Positions 29,619 to 40,901 are shown, counted from the first letter of the stretch. The stretch: 64,000 nt of DNA from Chloroflexota bacterium (GCA_016875735.1 VGOW01000005.1:14506-78505); one strand, 5' to 3'. Notes: generated by a model not told the origin, from the sequence alone. Numbers and translations are program-made.

Positions 29619-30926
29619 CTATGCGTAACGAATGCGCGGGTTGATGAATGTGTAGATGAAGTCTGCCGCCATTTGGGTGCCGACGGCGATGAGCACGAGC
29701 AGCATGGCCGCCGCCTCGACGGCGAACACGTCCTTGAAGAGGGCGGCCTCCATTACATAGCGCCCGAGTCCGGGGAAGCCGAAGATCGCTTCGACGATCA
29801 CAATGCCGCCGACGAGCCAATTCACGTGCAGGATGATCACGGTGATGGGGGCCATGAGCGCGTTGCGGAGCGCGTGCTTGAACACGATGCGGAAGCGCGG
29901 CAGGCCCTTGAGCACGGCGGTGCGGATGTAATTTGTGCGCATCACTTCCACCATGCTGGCGCGAGTGATGCGAAGCACGTAGCCGAGTTCGACCAGCGTG
30001 AGGGTCATCACCGGCAGAACGAGCATCTTCGGGTCCTCGAAGATGGCCGTGTCGGTGGTGGCGACGACCGCGCCGGGGAACCAGCCGAGCCAGGTGGAGA
30101 AGATGAGGATAAGAAACACGCCGCTGGTGAATTCGGGGGTGGCGGTGAAGATGAGACTGGAGATCGACAGCACTCGATCGATGAACTTGCCCTCATTCAA
30201 TCCGGCGATGAGTCCGAGCACAAGCGAGATGGGCATGACGATGACGAACGCCAGCCCGGCGAGAAAGGCCGTGTTCTTCACACGAACAATGAGTGTTTCG
30301 GCCACCGGGCGGCGACTCTGGAACGACACGCCGGGATCACCGCGCAAGAGTCCTTTCTGCAAGGGCAGGTAACTGCGCGGCGCTCCGGCGATGCTTGTCC
30401 ATGTCGCCTTCGTCAGAGTCCATTCCATCAGATCATCACCTCTCACCCACATGGCCGCGCGCCCGCCCGGATCGATCCCCCAATACACCATGAGTCCGTC
30501 TTCGTTCGGCTTCCACACATCGCCGCCCATCACCTCTTCTTTGGTGGTTCCATCGGGCTGACGCACGAGGCGGTACATCGTCTCGCCGTCGGGCGTGCTG
30601 TTTTGGTAGCGCGCGCCGTCTTCGCCCACGATCCACCACGACAACCGCTGATTGTCGGGGTCGTACACCCGCTCGACTGGGCGCCCAATGAGTCGGGCCG
30701 CTTGCCAATCACTGCCAATCATCCAGCGGAGATACCGCTCGACTGGCGGCTGATCGAGTCCGTTTTGGGCATTGAACGAGGCCTCTTGCTCAGGGGTAAT
30801 GGTGTTGCCGAGCGTGTTGATGGCGATGTTGCCCGGCGCGATCTCGGAGATGGCGAACACGATGATGGAGACGATGAAGAGAGTGATGATGAGGAAGATG
30901 ATGCGGCGGACGAGGAACTTTGACAT
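29619..30926 (-). CDS. ABC permease, DppB-like, with a large extracytoplasmic insert
   Basis: RGDPGVS, YIRTAVLKGL, HALRNA, EAIFGFPGLG, INPRIRY. Confidence 0.92.
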   Translation of the reverse strand: MSKFLVRRIIFLIITLFIVSIIVFAISEIAPGNIAINTLGNTITPEQEASFNAQNGLDQPPVERYLRWMIGSDWQAARLIGRPVERVYDPDNQRLSWWIVGEDGARYQNSTPDGETMYRLVRQPDGTTKEEVMGGDVWKPNEDGLMVYWGIDPGGRAAMWVRGDDLMEWTLTKATWTSIAGAPRSYLPLQKGLLRGDPGVSFQSRRPVAETLIVRVKNTAFLAGLAFVIVMPISLVLGLIAGLNEGKFIDRVLSISSLIFTATPEFTSGVFLILIFSTWLGWFPGAVVATTDTAIFEDPKMLVLPVMTLTLVELGYVLRITRASMVEVMRTNYIRTAVLKGLPRFRIVFKHALRNALMAPITVIILHVNWLVGGIVIVEAIFGFPGLGRYVMEAALFKDVFAVEAAAMLLVLIAVGTQMAADFIYTFINPRIRYA

Positions 30927-30946
30927 CGTGCGGCCTCCGAAAAAGA

Positions 30947-31019
30947 TTCACCGCAGAGGACGCGCAGGGCGGAAGGATGGCGAACCATCTTGCCGCGCCC
31001 CGGCGCGCTCTGCGGTGAA
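30947..31019. repeat. Intergenic imperfect palindrome, TTCACCGCAGAG...CTCTGCGGTGAA family
   Basis: 12-bp perfect outer arms visible. Confidence 0.85.
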
Positions 31020-31053
31020 TAGTGTAGGGCAAAAGCTCAAATTGCGCTATTGG

Positions 31054-32793
31054 TTATTTGAACGGATCCAGTGTCTCGTCGTACCACACCTCGCGCCAAA
31101 GGTAGTAGTCGGTGGGGTGCGAGCCGATGTTCTGAAAGGCCGGGTTGGCCACCCGCCAAATGTTCTGCCACCACGCGGTGCAGATCGAGCCGCGCTCCAT
31201 CTGGATGCGCTCCACGTCCTTCATGATCTCTTTCCGCGCTTCGATGTCGAGGACGCCCTGCGCTTGTTTCAGCAAGGTGCTGAACTCTTCATCGATCCAG
31301 CGACTCTCGTTCCACGGCACCGGTTTGCCTTCGGCGTCGCCAATGTACGCCAGCGGCAGAACCATCACCGCCAATGGCCGGTGAGTCCACGGGGTGACGC
31401 CGACCGCCGTTTCCGTCCACAGATCCCAATAAGCCGAGTTGGGCATAGTGTCGAGGGTGATGTTGAAGCCGCCGGCTTTGGCATCCTGCGCCAATGTTTC
31501 AGCGTAGGCCACCACGTCCGTCCAGCCGGTGCCCACCGAAATCTTGAAGTCCACGCCGTCGGGGTACCCGGCTTCGGCCAGGAGGGCCTTCGCGCCTTCG
31601 GGGTCGTATTCGGGCACATCCATCGGGAAGTAGTCCGGGTGCACGGGGGAGACGTGCATGTCGTGAGCGAGCAAGCCTTCGCCGAAGTAGGCGGTGTCCA
31701 GAATCTTCTGGCGGTCTTGGCATTTCTTGAGGGCGGAGCGCACTCGGTTGTCCGTCCACGGGTCGAGGTCAACGCGCATGCGCATCACCCGCACCTGCGA
31801 AGTGTTGGCCGGGTTCATCGTAAACTTCGTGTCACCGCGCAGAGCGAGGAATGAATCGACGGTGAGATCGTAGATCGTATCCACCTGACCGGCTTGGAGG
31901 GCGGCGACGGCGGCGGTCTGGTCGTTGCCGAGGTCGATGAACTCGATGCGGTCGAGGTACGGAAGCGGTTGGCCGTCGAGGCCATTCTGCCAGTAGCCTT
32001 CGCGGCGTTCCACGATCACGCGCTCGCCGACTTTGTATTCTTTCAACGAGTACGGGCCGGTACCGGGGTTCTTGCCGCTGGTGATGTCGCCGTCGAACGA
32101 GCGATGCATGATCTGCGCCGGGTAATGGAAGAGGCTTTCGGGCACGTCGAGCTTCGCCCCGTCGAGCGCCAGTTTGACGGTGAAATCATCCACCGCAGTG
32201 GCGTTCTCGATCTTGAGGAAGCCTTCCCACAAACCGAGGATGGACGAACCGGTATCGGGATTGAGCCATTCGGCGAAGTTGAACAGCACATCCTCGGCCA
32301 CAAAGTCATCACCGTTGCTCCACTTGATTCCCTTGCGCAGATGGAGCAGCCACTCGGTGAGGTCATCGCTGGCTTCCCAGCTTTCGAGCAGGAGTGGGGT
32401 GGTGACGTTGTCGGGGCCGGTCTCGGTGAGGTATTCGTACACCATGCGGAACTCGTTGGAGTCGAATACCCACGAGAAGCGAGCCGGGTGATCGACGGCG
32501 GGCACGGGGATGGCGACGCGGAGGACGCCGCCGCGCTTGATGCCGCCGGTGGGCGCGGCCGTGGGGGCAGGGGCCGAGGTGGCGGCGGGAGCGGAGGTGG
32601 CTGCCGGGGCCGAAGTGGCGGCGGGGGCTTGAGTGGTTTGGGTGCCGCAGGCGGCCAACACATAAGCCGATGAAGCGCTCACGCCGAGGAGGGTCGCCAA
32701 TCGCAAGAACTCACGGCGGCTGATGCGGCCTTCGGCAAGCTGTTCCTGCGCTTTGAGCACGGCAGGGTGAATACGGATGGATTTGGAACTCAT
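31054..32793 (-). CDS. Family-5 ABC substrate-binding lipoprotein with Tat signal
   Basis: SRREFLR twin-arginine, LAAC lipobox, Ala/Pro/Thr linker, [15 protein letters not shown]. Confidence 0.93.
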   Translation of the reverse strand: MSSKSIRIHPAVLKAQEQLAEGRISRREFLRLATLLGVSASSAYVLAACGTQTTQAPAATSAPAATSAPAATSAPAPTAAPTGGIKRGGVLRVAIPVPAVDHPARFSWVFDSNEFRMVYEYLTETGPDNVTTPLLLESWEASDDLTEWLLHLRKGIKWSNGDDFVAEDVLFNFAEWLNPDTGSSILGLWEGFLKIENATAVDDFTVKLALDGAKLDVPESLFHYPAQIMHRSFDGDITSGKNPGTGPYSLKEYKVGERVIVERREGYWQNGLDGQPLPYLDRIEFIDLGNDQTAAVAALQAGQVDTIYDLTVDSFLALRGDTKFTMNPANTSQVRVMRMRVDLDPWTDNRVRSALKKCQDRQKILDTAYFGEGLLAHDMHVSPVHPDYFPMDVPEYDPEGAKALLAEAGYPDGVDFKISVGTGWTDVVAYAETLAQDAKAGGFNITLDTMPNSAYWDLWTETAVGVTPWTHRPLAVMVLPLAYIGDAEGKPVPWNESRWIDEEFSTLLKQAQGVLDIEARKEIMKDVERIQMERGSICTAWWQNIWRVANPAFQNIGSHPTDYYLWREVWYDETLDPFK

Positions 32794-32944
32794 CGGTTTC
32801 TCTCCTTCTCCTTCTTGCTTGACTAAGCGATTTTATGAAATTGCGGACGTATCTCGCGTGCATTGTGGCGTGGACGAGGAATAGCATCACCTCCTTACAA
32901 GGATGGAAAGGGAATGGAAGTCAGGTGGACAGCAAACTATCGTA

Positions 32945-32973
32945 AATTTATACTCTTTGCCGACATGTGTCAA
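32945..32973 (-). promoter_or_regulatory. Sigma70-type promoter for the ABC importer operon
   Basis: Minus strand TTGACA-N17-TAAATT. Confidence 0.65.
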
Positions 32974-33378
32974 GTATGAGGTTGCAGACACACCCTCTCC
33001 AGAGAGTCACTATGATCATATCGCAAAACTTGCATGCTTTGATGCCATTGTTTGGCAGAGAAAATCTTCTTCGCAATTCATCAGTATAGGGAGCATCTTG
33101 TAACCCAATGCAACTTTCATTTCATCTCTGAGACGTTTCTGCACCAATCTGTGGGCAACCTCTTTATGGAATGTCACAGGTGAGTCGGTCTTTGCGCAAA
33201 TCAAAACTTCGTCGGCACGCGGGCTGTGATATAAAATCGCCCCCATGCTGTGGGCTGATCTCTGCCTCTTTGGCTTCACCCTATGGGCTGAAGCCGGTTG
33301 CCGCTTTGCCCATTCCTCGTTGCACGCCGGGCAAAAAGGGGTAAGATAAGCGCGAGTCTGAAGAAGGGAGAATCTCCA

Positions 33379-34059
33379 ATGAAACGACTCGCCGCCTGTA
33401 TCGTTGCGCTGACCATCATATTGGCTTTCCCTTTTCTAACCGCGTTGGCCGGGGACACCTGCGCCGTGAAGCACACCGTGCAAACGGGCGAAAACCTCTA
33501 TCGCATCGGGCTGAAGTATGGAGTGAGCTGGCCGGCCATTGCCGCCGCTAACAACATTTCCGATCCCAACCGAATCGCCGCGGGGCAAGTGCTGTGTATT
33601 CCGGTGGCGGCCACCGCGACAACCGCCGCAACACCGACGAAGACCTCCACCCCCTCCACGTCGGCGACGCCGACAACGACTCCGGCCACGGCCACATCCA
33701 CTAAGCCGCCAACCACTGCCGTGACGCCGACAGCCACCCCAACGCGAACCTCGACACCCATCCCGGCGTCATTCGTCATTCTCACCTTCACCATTACTGG
33801 CGTGGTGCGCGATCAAGCAGTGACGATCAGCGCCATCAACTTTCCGCGCAACACGAAGTTCGATGTGCTCATGGGCGCGATGCACACCCAAGGAGTGAAC
33901 GGCGTATTCGTCGCCGTCACCGACTCGGGCAGTGGCGCGTTCACTGCCACCTACAACATCCCGGCCTCACTCAAGGGCTCGTCGCAAATCTCGATTCGGT
34001 TGCAGAGCAACGTGGGCTACTACAGTTACAACTGGTTTTACAACAATTCGACAAAATGA
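33379..34059 (+). CDS. Secreted LysM domain protein with Thr/Pro linker
   Basis: Signal peptide, HTVQTGENLYRIGLKYGVS...NNISDPNRIAAGQVLCIP. Confidence 0.9.
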   Translation: MKRLAACIVALTIILAFPFLTALAGDTCAVKHTVQTGENLYRIGLKYGVSWPAIAAANNISDPNRIAAGQVLCIPVAATATTAATPTKTSTPSTSATPTTTPATATSTKPPTTAVTPTATPTRTSTPIPASFVILTFTITGVVRDQAVTISAINFPRNTKFDVLMGAMHTQGVNGVFVAVTDSGSGAFTATYNIPASLKGSSQISIRLQSNVGYYSYNWFYNNSTK

Positions 34060-34081
34060 TACGAGCGCTCTGTGAGCTCGC

Positions 34082-35275
34082 TCATCGGCGGAGTTTCACC
34101 AGCCTCGCCCGCGCTGCCTGCAACGTCTCCATCGTTTTGCAGAAGGCGAAGCGGATGAACGCTTTGCCCAATCTCTTGTTCGCTTCCGAGTAAAACGCCG
34201 AGGGCGGGATGGCCGCCACGCCGATCTCGGCGGCCAAGTGTTTGCACATTGCCACGTCGTCATTCCAGCCCAGCGGCTCGATGCCAGCCATGATGAAGAA
34301 CCCGGCTGAGGGAAGCGAGACGGCGAACCCGGCATCGCGCAGTGAGGCGGCGAGATGATCGCGCTTCAATTGGTAATCGGCGGCCAACCCGGAAAAATAA
34401 TCGTCGTCGAGAAAGAGCGCCGAGGCCGCGCCGTGCTGCATCGGCGTCGCCGAGCAATCGAGCACGAATTGATGAGCCAGCCGCACGGCGGCGGTGAGGT
34501 CGGGCGGGGCGATGATCCAACCGATGCGCCAGCCGGTGAACGAGAACGTTTTGCTCATGCTGCTGATGGTGACGGCGCGCTCGGTCATGCCGGGCAGAGT
34601 GGCCAACCGGGTGTGCCGCGCGCCGTCGAAGGTGATGTGCTCGTACACTTCGTCGGTGATGGCGATGACGTTCCACTTTTGGCACAGCGCGGCAATCGCT
34701 TCGAGCTCGCCGGCGGTGAAGATTTTTCCCGTGGGGTTGTGCGGGGTGTTGACGATGATGGCGCGAGTGCGGTCGTTGAAGGCGGCGGTCAATTCATCGG
34801 GATCGATTGTCCATTCGATTGAAGCGCCCTGAGTCGTAAGGCGCGTCGGCCTCAGCGGGACGAAACGCGGCACGCCCCCGGCCATGATCACGTTGGGCGC
34901 ATACACCTCGTAGTACGGCTCGAGGACGATCACCTCATCGCCCGGATTCACCAGCCCATCCATCACCGAATGAAGAGCCTCCGCCGCGCCGTTGGTCACC
35001 GTCACTTCGGTGTCCAGGTTCACCTCTTGCCGATAGAACCGGCGGGCGTGATCGGCAATCGCGCGCCGCAGGTCTATCGTCCCGTGCGAGAGCGCATATT
35101 GATTCTTGCCCGCGCGGATCGCGTCAATGGCGGCGTCTTTCACCAACTCCGGCCCGTCGTGGTCGGGGAAGCCGGTGGAAAGATCGACGGCATTGTGCAG
35201 AGCGGCCAGTTGTGTGATTTCGGTGAAGATGGATGTGCCGAAGCCGGCAACGCGGAGGGCAGGAGAGAATGGCAT
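34082..35275 (-). CDS. Class I/II PLP aminotransferase (YbdL/kynurenine aminotransferase-like)
   Basis: GTSIFTE, NTPHNPTGK, DEVYEH, SMSKTFSFTGWRIG, RFAFCK. Confidence 0.9.
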   Translation of the reverse strand: MPFSPALRVAGFGTSIFTEITQLAALHNAVDLSTGFPDHDGPELVKDAAIDAIRAGKNQYALSHGTIDLRRAIADHARRFYRQEVNLDTEVTVTNGAAEALHSVMDGLVNPGDEVIVLEPYYEVYAPNVIMAGGVPRFVPLRPTRLTTQGASIEWTIDPDELTAAFNDRTRAIIVNTPHNPTGKIFTAGELEAIAALCQKWNVIAITDEVYEHITFDGARHTRLATLPGMTERAVTISSMSKTFSFTGWRIGWIIAPPDLTAAVRLAHQFVLDCSATPMQHGAASALFLDDDYFSGLAADYQLKRDHLAASLRDAGFAVSLPSAGFFIMAGIEPLGWNDDVAMCKHLAAEIGVAAIPPSAFYSEANKRLGKAFIRFAFCKTMETLQAARARLVKLRR

Positions 35276-35359
35276 AGCCCCAATTCTACCGGAATTTGAC
35301 TCCGGTGCTACAATAATCACCAGCCAACCATCACATCCCTCGAGGAGGAGCGCACACTC

Positions 35360-35693
35360 ATGGAAATTTCGACTCGCGATCACAAACGAGCCAGCGTCAT
35401 CCGCGTGACTGGCCGGGTGGATTCCAACACCAGCCCGAACTTCGATCAGAAACTCAAAGAATACATCAACGCCAATCGGGTTCATATTCATCGTGGAGAT
35501 GGACAAGACGGACTTCATCAGCAGCGCTGGGGTGCGCGCGCTCATTGCGGCGCAGAAGGCGGTAAAGCCCAAAGGCGGCAAGGTCGTGTTGTCGAATCCG
35601 TCCAGCAAAGTGCGCGAGGTTCTCAAATTGGCCGCGCTCGAATCGCTCTTCCCCATTTACGACGACACCGAATCGGCGGTGGGCGCATTCTGA
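35360..35693 (+). pseudogene. STAS anti-sigma-factor antagonist, frameshifted
   Basis: N-half (VTGRVDSNTS) and C-half (DFISSAGVRAL...REVLKLAAL) lie in different frames, shift near 35488. Confidence 0.8.
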
Positions 35694-35793
35694 GTCCGTC
35701 GCCCGGTTCTGCACCTCGACACCCCGGCGCACTTTGCGTTGGGGTGTTTTGATCTCAGGCCTCGAGGGAATAGCGTAGTACAATCCTCGCGCG

Positions 35794-38700
35794 ATGATCT
35801 CCATTGAAGCCGCGTGGCCGTATCTGGCAATTTTGCTGGCGGCGCTGTTGGCCGCCGGAGCCATCCTCTACCGCCGCTGGCAGTCGCGGCGCGCCCTCGA
35901 ACATCGCGTGGCCGATCTGTCCACACTGGCCGACATCGGGCGGGCCATCACCGACGCGCCGCTCGACCTCAGCCGCCTCGCCGACGTGGTCTATCAGCAG
36001 GCCAGCCAAATCGTTGACACCAGCATTTTTCAACTCGGACTCTTTCACGGCGACCACTACCGATTGCTGATTTGGGTTGTGGATGGGAGCCGCCAACCCA
36101 CCGCCGAATTCCGGCTCACCCTCGATACCCTCGGCATCGTTGGCTGGATGCGCGAGTCGCGGCGTAGTTTGCTCGTGCGCGATTTCGACGCCGAACGCGA
36201 CTCGCTCCCCGCCCGGCCTCGCTACATCTCGCCCGACCCGCCGCGCTCCGCCGTCTTCGTCCCCTTGCGGGGCGCCCACTCGGTGTTGGGCGCCATCGCC
36301 ATTCAGAGTCGGCGCCCGGCCGCGTTCTCCGAAGAACATTTGCGGCTGTTGTCCATCATCGCCAATCACGCCGCCGCCGCGCTCGAAAAAGCGCGAGTGT
36401 ACGAACAGGCCCAGCGCCGCGCCGAACAACTGGCGACCATCGCCCAAGTGTCGCGCGCGATCGTTTCGACGCTCGAATTCGAAGAACTGCTCGACGAAGT
36501 GCTCGACCGCGTCGAAGAAAACTTTGGATACAAGCGGGCGCACATCTTTCTTTTGCAGGATGATCGGCGGCTGGTGTTCCGCGCCGGCATCGGCAAGGGC
36601 GCGGCGCGATGGTCGGTGGAAGGCCTCGCCCACGACCTCGACGGCGCGGGACTCGTGGCGCGGGCGGGCCGCGCGCAGAAGGTTGTGTTCGCCTCCGATG
36701 TGTCCGCCGATCCCGATTATGTTGTTGGCGCGGGATTGGAAGATACGCGCATCGAAATGGCCGCGCCGATGGCGATGGGCGGCAAATTGCTGGGCGTGTT
36801 CGACGTGCAATCCGAAAAGCCCGATGCCTTCACCGACGACGATCTGCCGACACTGCAAACGCTGGCCGACACGTTGGCTGTTGCCGTGCGCAATGCGCGG
36901 CTGTTCGAGATCGAACGCCGCCGCCGCCTTTTGGCTGAGACTCTGCGCGATGTGTCTGCCGCGCTCACCTCCACCCTCGATCTTGATCACGTGCTCGATC
37001 TGATTCTGGGCGGGCTGGCGCGAGTGGTTGTGTACGATGTCGCTTCCATTCTGCTCACCAACGATGTGGGCGAGTTGACGCTGAGAGCCACGCGCGGTTT
37101 GCCGGAAATGCAAGAGGCGGTGGGCGAGGTGTTGAACGCGCGGCTGTTTCCGAAAGGGGAGTCGTTTCCCACCGTGATCAATTTTGGCGAAGTGGATACG
37201 GCGGGCGAGTATCACGATCTGCTCTCACTGCCGGAGCCTCCTGCCTCGGCGCAGTGCTGGCTTTGCACGAGGAGCACATCGGCTACCTCGTGGTGGATCG
37301 CGCGGGCGAGCCGCACTTTCCTCGCGGCGAAGTGGAATTGATTGCGGCCTTCGCCTCGCAAGCCGCGATAGCCATTGCCAATGCGCGGCTGTACAACTCG
37401 CAGATCGAGCAGGCGTGGGTGAGCACGGCGCTGTTGCAAGTGGCCGAAGCCACCACGCAGGCCACCGAAGTGAGCGAGGTGGCGCAGGCGGTGGCTCGCC
37501 TCACGCCCATGCTGGCGGGCGTGGATCGGTGCGCGGTGCTGTTGGCCGAAGGCGATGAGTTTGTGATCAACGCCTTCTATAGTGACAAGGGTGCTGTGCC
37601 CGCCGCCGAGCCGCCGCTCCGCTTCGCGCCCGCCGACTGGCCGCAACTGCAAATGGTGATCGAAACGTGCGAGCCGTTGGTGATCTCTGCCCCCGATCTC
37701 GACGACTCGATGCCCGCCGATCTTCGCCGCCTGTTTTCCGAAGTGGTGATACTTCTGCCTCTGTTGGCCAAAGGCCAAGTGCAGGGCCTGCTGGCAGTGG
37801 GGCAGGAGGCGGGCGAGTCGCCCTTCAACACACAGCGCGTGCGCTTGCTCAGCGGCATCGCCAATCAAACGGCGGCCTCATGCTCTATCAATCTCAGCAG
37901 GAAGAGGCGTGGGTGAGCGCGGCGCTGCTGCAAGTGGCCGAGGCGGTGGCCCGGCAGGCAACGCTGGAAGAGGGGTTGGAGGCCGTGGCCCGTCTCACGC
38001 CAATGCTCGTCGGCATTGATCGAGTCGCCATTTATCAATGGGATGAGTCGGCGCGAGTCTTTCATGCCAGCCAAATCGCCGGCCTCAACAAATCGCAGAC
38101 GCACTTTCTCAAACAGATGCCGCTGCAAGCCGATGAGATCGGCGTCGATCCGGCTGACCCGGCTCAGCAACCGATTCTCAAATTCATCATGCCCGAATCG
38201 CTGGCCGATATTTTCTGCTGCCGTGAGGCGATGGTGTGGCCGTTGCGCGCGCGCGCGGCGATCTGCTGGGCGCGTTGGTGGTGGAGCACGTGCCGCTGAA
38301 CGTGCTCGGTCGGCGGTTGAGCATCCTCGACGGCATTGCTCATCAACTTTCGCTGGCGATGGAGAACGCGCGGCTGGCCCGCGAAGTGGCGCTGCAACAA
38401 CGGTTGGAGCGCGATGTGGAAGTGGCGCGCGACATTCAGGCCAGTTTTCTGCCCGAAGCCTGCCCGGTGGTGGCCGGTTGGGAAGTGTGCTCGTATTGGC
38501 AGGCGGCGCGGCAAGTGGGTGGCGACTTTTACGACTTCATCCCGTTGAGACCGCGCGAGGATGGCGGTGAACGTTGGGGACTCGTGGTGGCCGACGTGGC
38601 CGACAAGGGCGTGCCCGCCGCGCTGTTCATGGCCCTCTCACGAACGCTGATGCGCACGGTGGCGATCAACCGCATTGCTCCGGCGACGACCCTCGCTCGA

Positions 38701-38913
38701 CTCAATGAACTGATCTTCGCCGACGCCAAAACTGATCTCTTCGTCACTTTCTTTTATGCCGTGTGGGAGCCCGACACCGGGCGACTGCCCAGCACGGCAA
38801 CCGGCATTCTGAATTCGATTGTGTCGGCAGTGCACGCGCACGTCGGAGTCACCGAAGCGTTCGACGATATGACAAGGGTAGCGGTGAAGCGAAAAGCGGA
38901 GAGCGAAGAGTGA
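35794..38913 (+). pseudogene. Multi-GAF SpoIIE/RsbU PP2C phosphatase, multiply disrupted
   Basis: GAF repeats and VGGDFYD / VADVADKGVPAAL spread over four consecutive ORFs (shifts near 37240, 37880, 38255); AGH and YTDG segment missing. Confidence 0.85.
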
Positions 38914-38919
38914 CTCGTT

Positions 38920-38996
38920 TTCACCACAGAGATCGCAGAGAACACGGAGATGAATTGAAAAAGATTCTCTGTGGACTCCGTGTTCTCTATGGTGAA
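38920..38996. repeat. Intergenic 9-bp-periodic palindrome
   Basis: CACCACAGA GATCGCAGA GAACACGGA ... TCTGTGGAC TCCGTGTTC TCTATGGTG. Confidence 0.85.
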
Positions 38997-39016
38997 TCAC
39001 TTTGGGCGGAGGAGAG

Positions 39017-39931
39017 ATGAAAGAACAAATCGGTTTCATCGGTTTGGGCATTATGGGGCGGGGGATGGTTCGCAATTTGCTCAAGGCGGGGTTCACGGTG
39101 CGGGTGTGGAATCGCACCGCCAGCCGGATGGACGAACTGGCCGCCGATGGCGCAATCCCCACCGGCTCCCCGGCGGAGGCCGCCTCCCACAGCGACTTCG
39201 TCATCACTTGCGTGAGCGACACGCCTGACGTGGAGGCGGTGACGCTCGGCCCGCGCGGAATCATTCACGGCGCGCGGCCCGGCTCGCTGGTGATCGACAT
39301 GAGCACCATCAGCCCGCAGGCCGCCAAAGAGATCGCGGCGAAGTTGGCGGCGAAAGGCGTGAAGATGCTCGACGCGCCGATGAGCGGCGGGAGCGAGGGC
39401 GCGGCCAAAGGCACGCTGACGATTATGGTTGGCGGCGACGCCGACGATGTGAGTCGCGCCATGCCCGCCTTCGAGGCGATGGGCAAAAAGATCACCCACA
39501 TGGGGCCGACTGGCGCGGGGCAGATGACCAAACTGGTGAATCAGATTCTGGTGGTGGGCCACGCGCTGGCGATGAGCGAGGCCCTGCTCTTCGCGCAGGC
39601 GGGCGGGCTGGATTTGGCGAAGACGGTGGAGGCGCTGGGCGCGGGGGCGGCCGGCAGTTGGATGTGGAGCAATCGCGGCCCGCAGATCATCCGCCGCGAT
39701 TGGCGGCCCGGCTTCACTATTGACCTTCAGCAAAAAGATGTGCGGCTGTGCTTGCAGGCCGCCGATCAACTCGGCCTGCCGCTGGCGTTGACGAGCATGG
39801 CCTTCAATTTGTATCGCTCATTGCAGGCCGAAGGGTTGGGCGGTGAAGGCAACCACGCGCTCATCAAAGCGCTGGAGCGGCAGGCGGGGTTCGAGGTGGG
39901 GTCTCCTGAAGCCATCGCCTCGAGAAGATAG
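39017..39931 (+). CDS. Beta-hydroxyacid dehydrogenase (tartronate semialdehyde reductase / 3-hydroxyisobutyrate dehydrogenase family)
   Basis: GFIGLGIMG, DAPMSGG, KLVNQ, PGFTIDLQQKD. Confidence 0.92.
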   Translation: MKEQIGFIGLGIMGRGMVRNLLKAGFTVRVWNRTASRMDELAADGAIPTGSPAEAASHSDFVITCVSDTPDVEAVTLGPRGIIHGARPGSLVIDMSTISPQAAKEIAAKLAAKGVKMLDAPMSGGSEGAAKGTLTIMVGGDADDVSRAMPAFEAMGKKITHMGPTGAGQMTKLVNQILVVGHALAMSEALLFAQAGGLDLAKTVEALGAGAAGSWMWSNRGPQIIRRDWRPGFTIDLQQKDVRLCLQAADQLGLPLALTSMAFNLYRSLQAEGLGGEGNHALIKALERQAGFEVGSPEAIASRR

Positions 39932-40127
39932 GTTGATCCGGAGAACGCAGATGAACGCGGATTTTGCGGATGAACGCCGATTCTCTTGATGATACGGGTT
40001 GTGCCTATCAGTTCCACCGAACGCTTTTGGGGAGGGGAGAAGCGCTCTCCCTCCCCCACCTGTGATTTTCAGATGCGCGCAAGCGGGGCCGGGGTGGAGG
40101 CCAACGGCGCATAACTTCTAAAACCCT

Positions 40128-40202
40128 TTATCCACGAAGCACACGCAGGGCACGGAGAATGTCGGCAAATCTTCGTGTGACTTCGTGGTCTTCGTGGATA
40201 AA
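40128..40202. repeat. Intergenic periodic palindrome
   Basis: TTTATCCACGAAGCACACG...TTCGTGTGACTTCGTGGTCTTCGTGGATAAA. Confidence 0.75.
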
Positions 40203-40220
40203 AACTATTTCCAATAGACT

Positions 40221-40901
40221 CTATTGAAGTTTGCGTGCCTGCAAATCGGCAATGGCCTGCGGGGGCAGTTCGGCGATCTGGGCGAAGGCCGAGAGCGTGT
40301 CGGGCGTCTCCCACAGCCAGCTCACGTTGAGCCAAAAACCGGAGAGGACGGCGGAGCGATACACGCCGTCGGAGTCGGGCTTGACGATCTCCAGCGTTCC
40401 GCTCTGATTGCGCTGAAAGAACATCGCCCGTTTGCGGCGCGGGCGCGGGTCCACGATCCAGTATTCGGCCACCCCGCATTCTTGATATTCGATCAGTTTG
40501 TCGTCATAATCGCGCGCCACACTGTCGTCAGACACAACTTCGATCACCAGATCCGCTGGGCCGCTGATTCGTTTGCCGTCGGCGATGCGGGCGCGGTTGG
40601 TCTCGGCGATGAACACCACATCCGGCTCGCGGGAGGGGCCATCCGACCCACACTTCATTTCAATGGGGGCCGGGACGAGCACCCCTAATCTGAAGAACTC
40701 GACGAACAGCCCCAACAGTTTTGTCAGATAAGCAACTACTTGTTGGTGAACGATTGTCGGCGGCATGTGGTGAATGACCTCCCCATCGACCCATTCGACG
40801 AGATGCTCTTCCTGCGGCAGGGCGAGATAATCGGCGTAAGAGGTTTGCCCGGCGGGTTCGGCTGCCGGAGGCGAGTCAATCGTCAGCAGTTGCTCGGCCA
40901 T
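40221..40901 (-). CDS. Uma2 family PD-(D/E)XK endonuclease
   Basis: EWVDGEV, REPDVVF, ADLVIEVVS, GVAEYWIVDP. Confidence 0.92.
   Translation of the reverse strand: MAEQLLTIDSPPAAEPAGQTSYADYLALPQEEHLVEWVDGEVIHHMPPTIVHQQVVAYLTKLLGLFVEFFRLGVLVPAPIEMKCGSDGPSREPDVVFIAETNRARIADGKRISGPADLVIEVVSDDSVARDYDDKLIEYQECGVAEYWIVDPRPRRKRAMFFQRNQSGTLEIVKPDSDGVYRSAVLSGFWLNVSWLWETPDTLSAFAQIAELPPQAIADLQARKLQ

Noticed and set aside
32547-32640. Repeated GC-rich units in the binding-protein gene
   Set aside because: They simply encode the APAATS linker typical of these lipoproteins
33016-33279. 87-aa minus-strand ORF in an AT-rich gap
   Set aside because: No RBS or motif; the region more likely holds divergent promoters and operators
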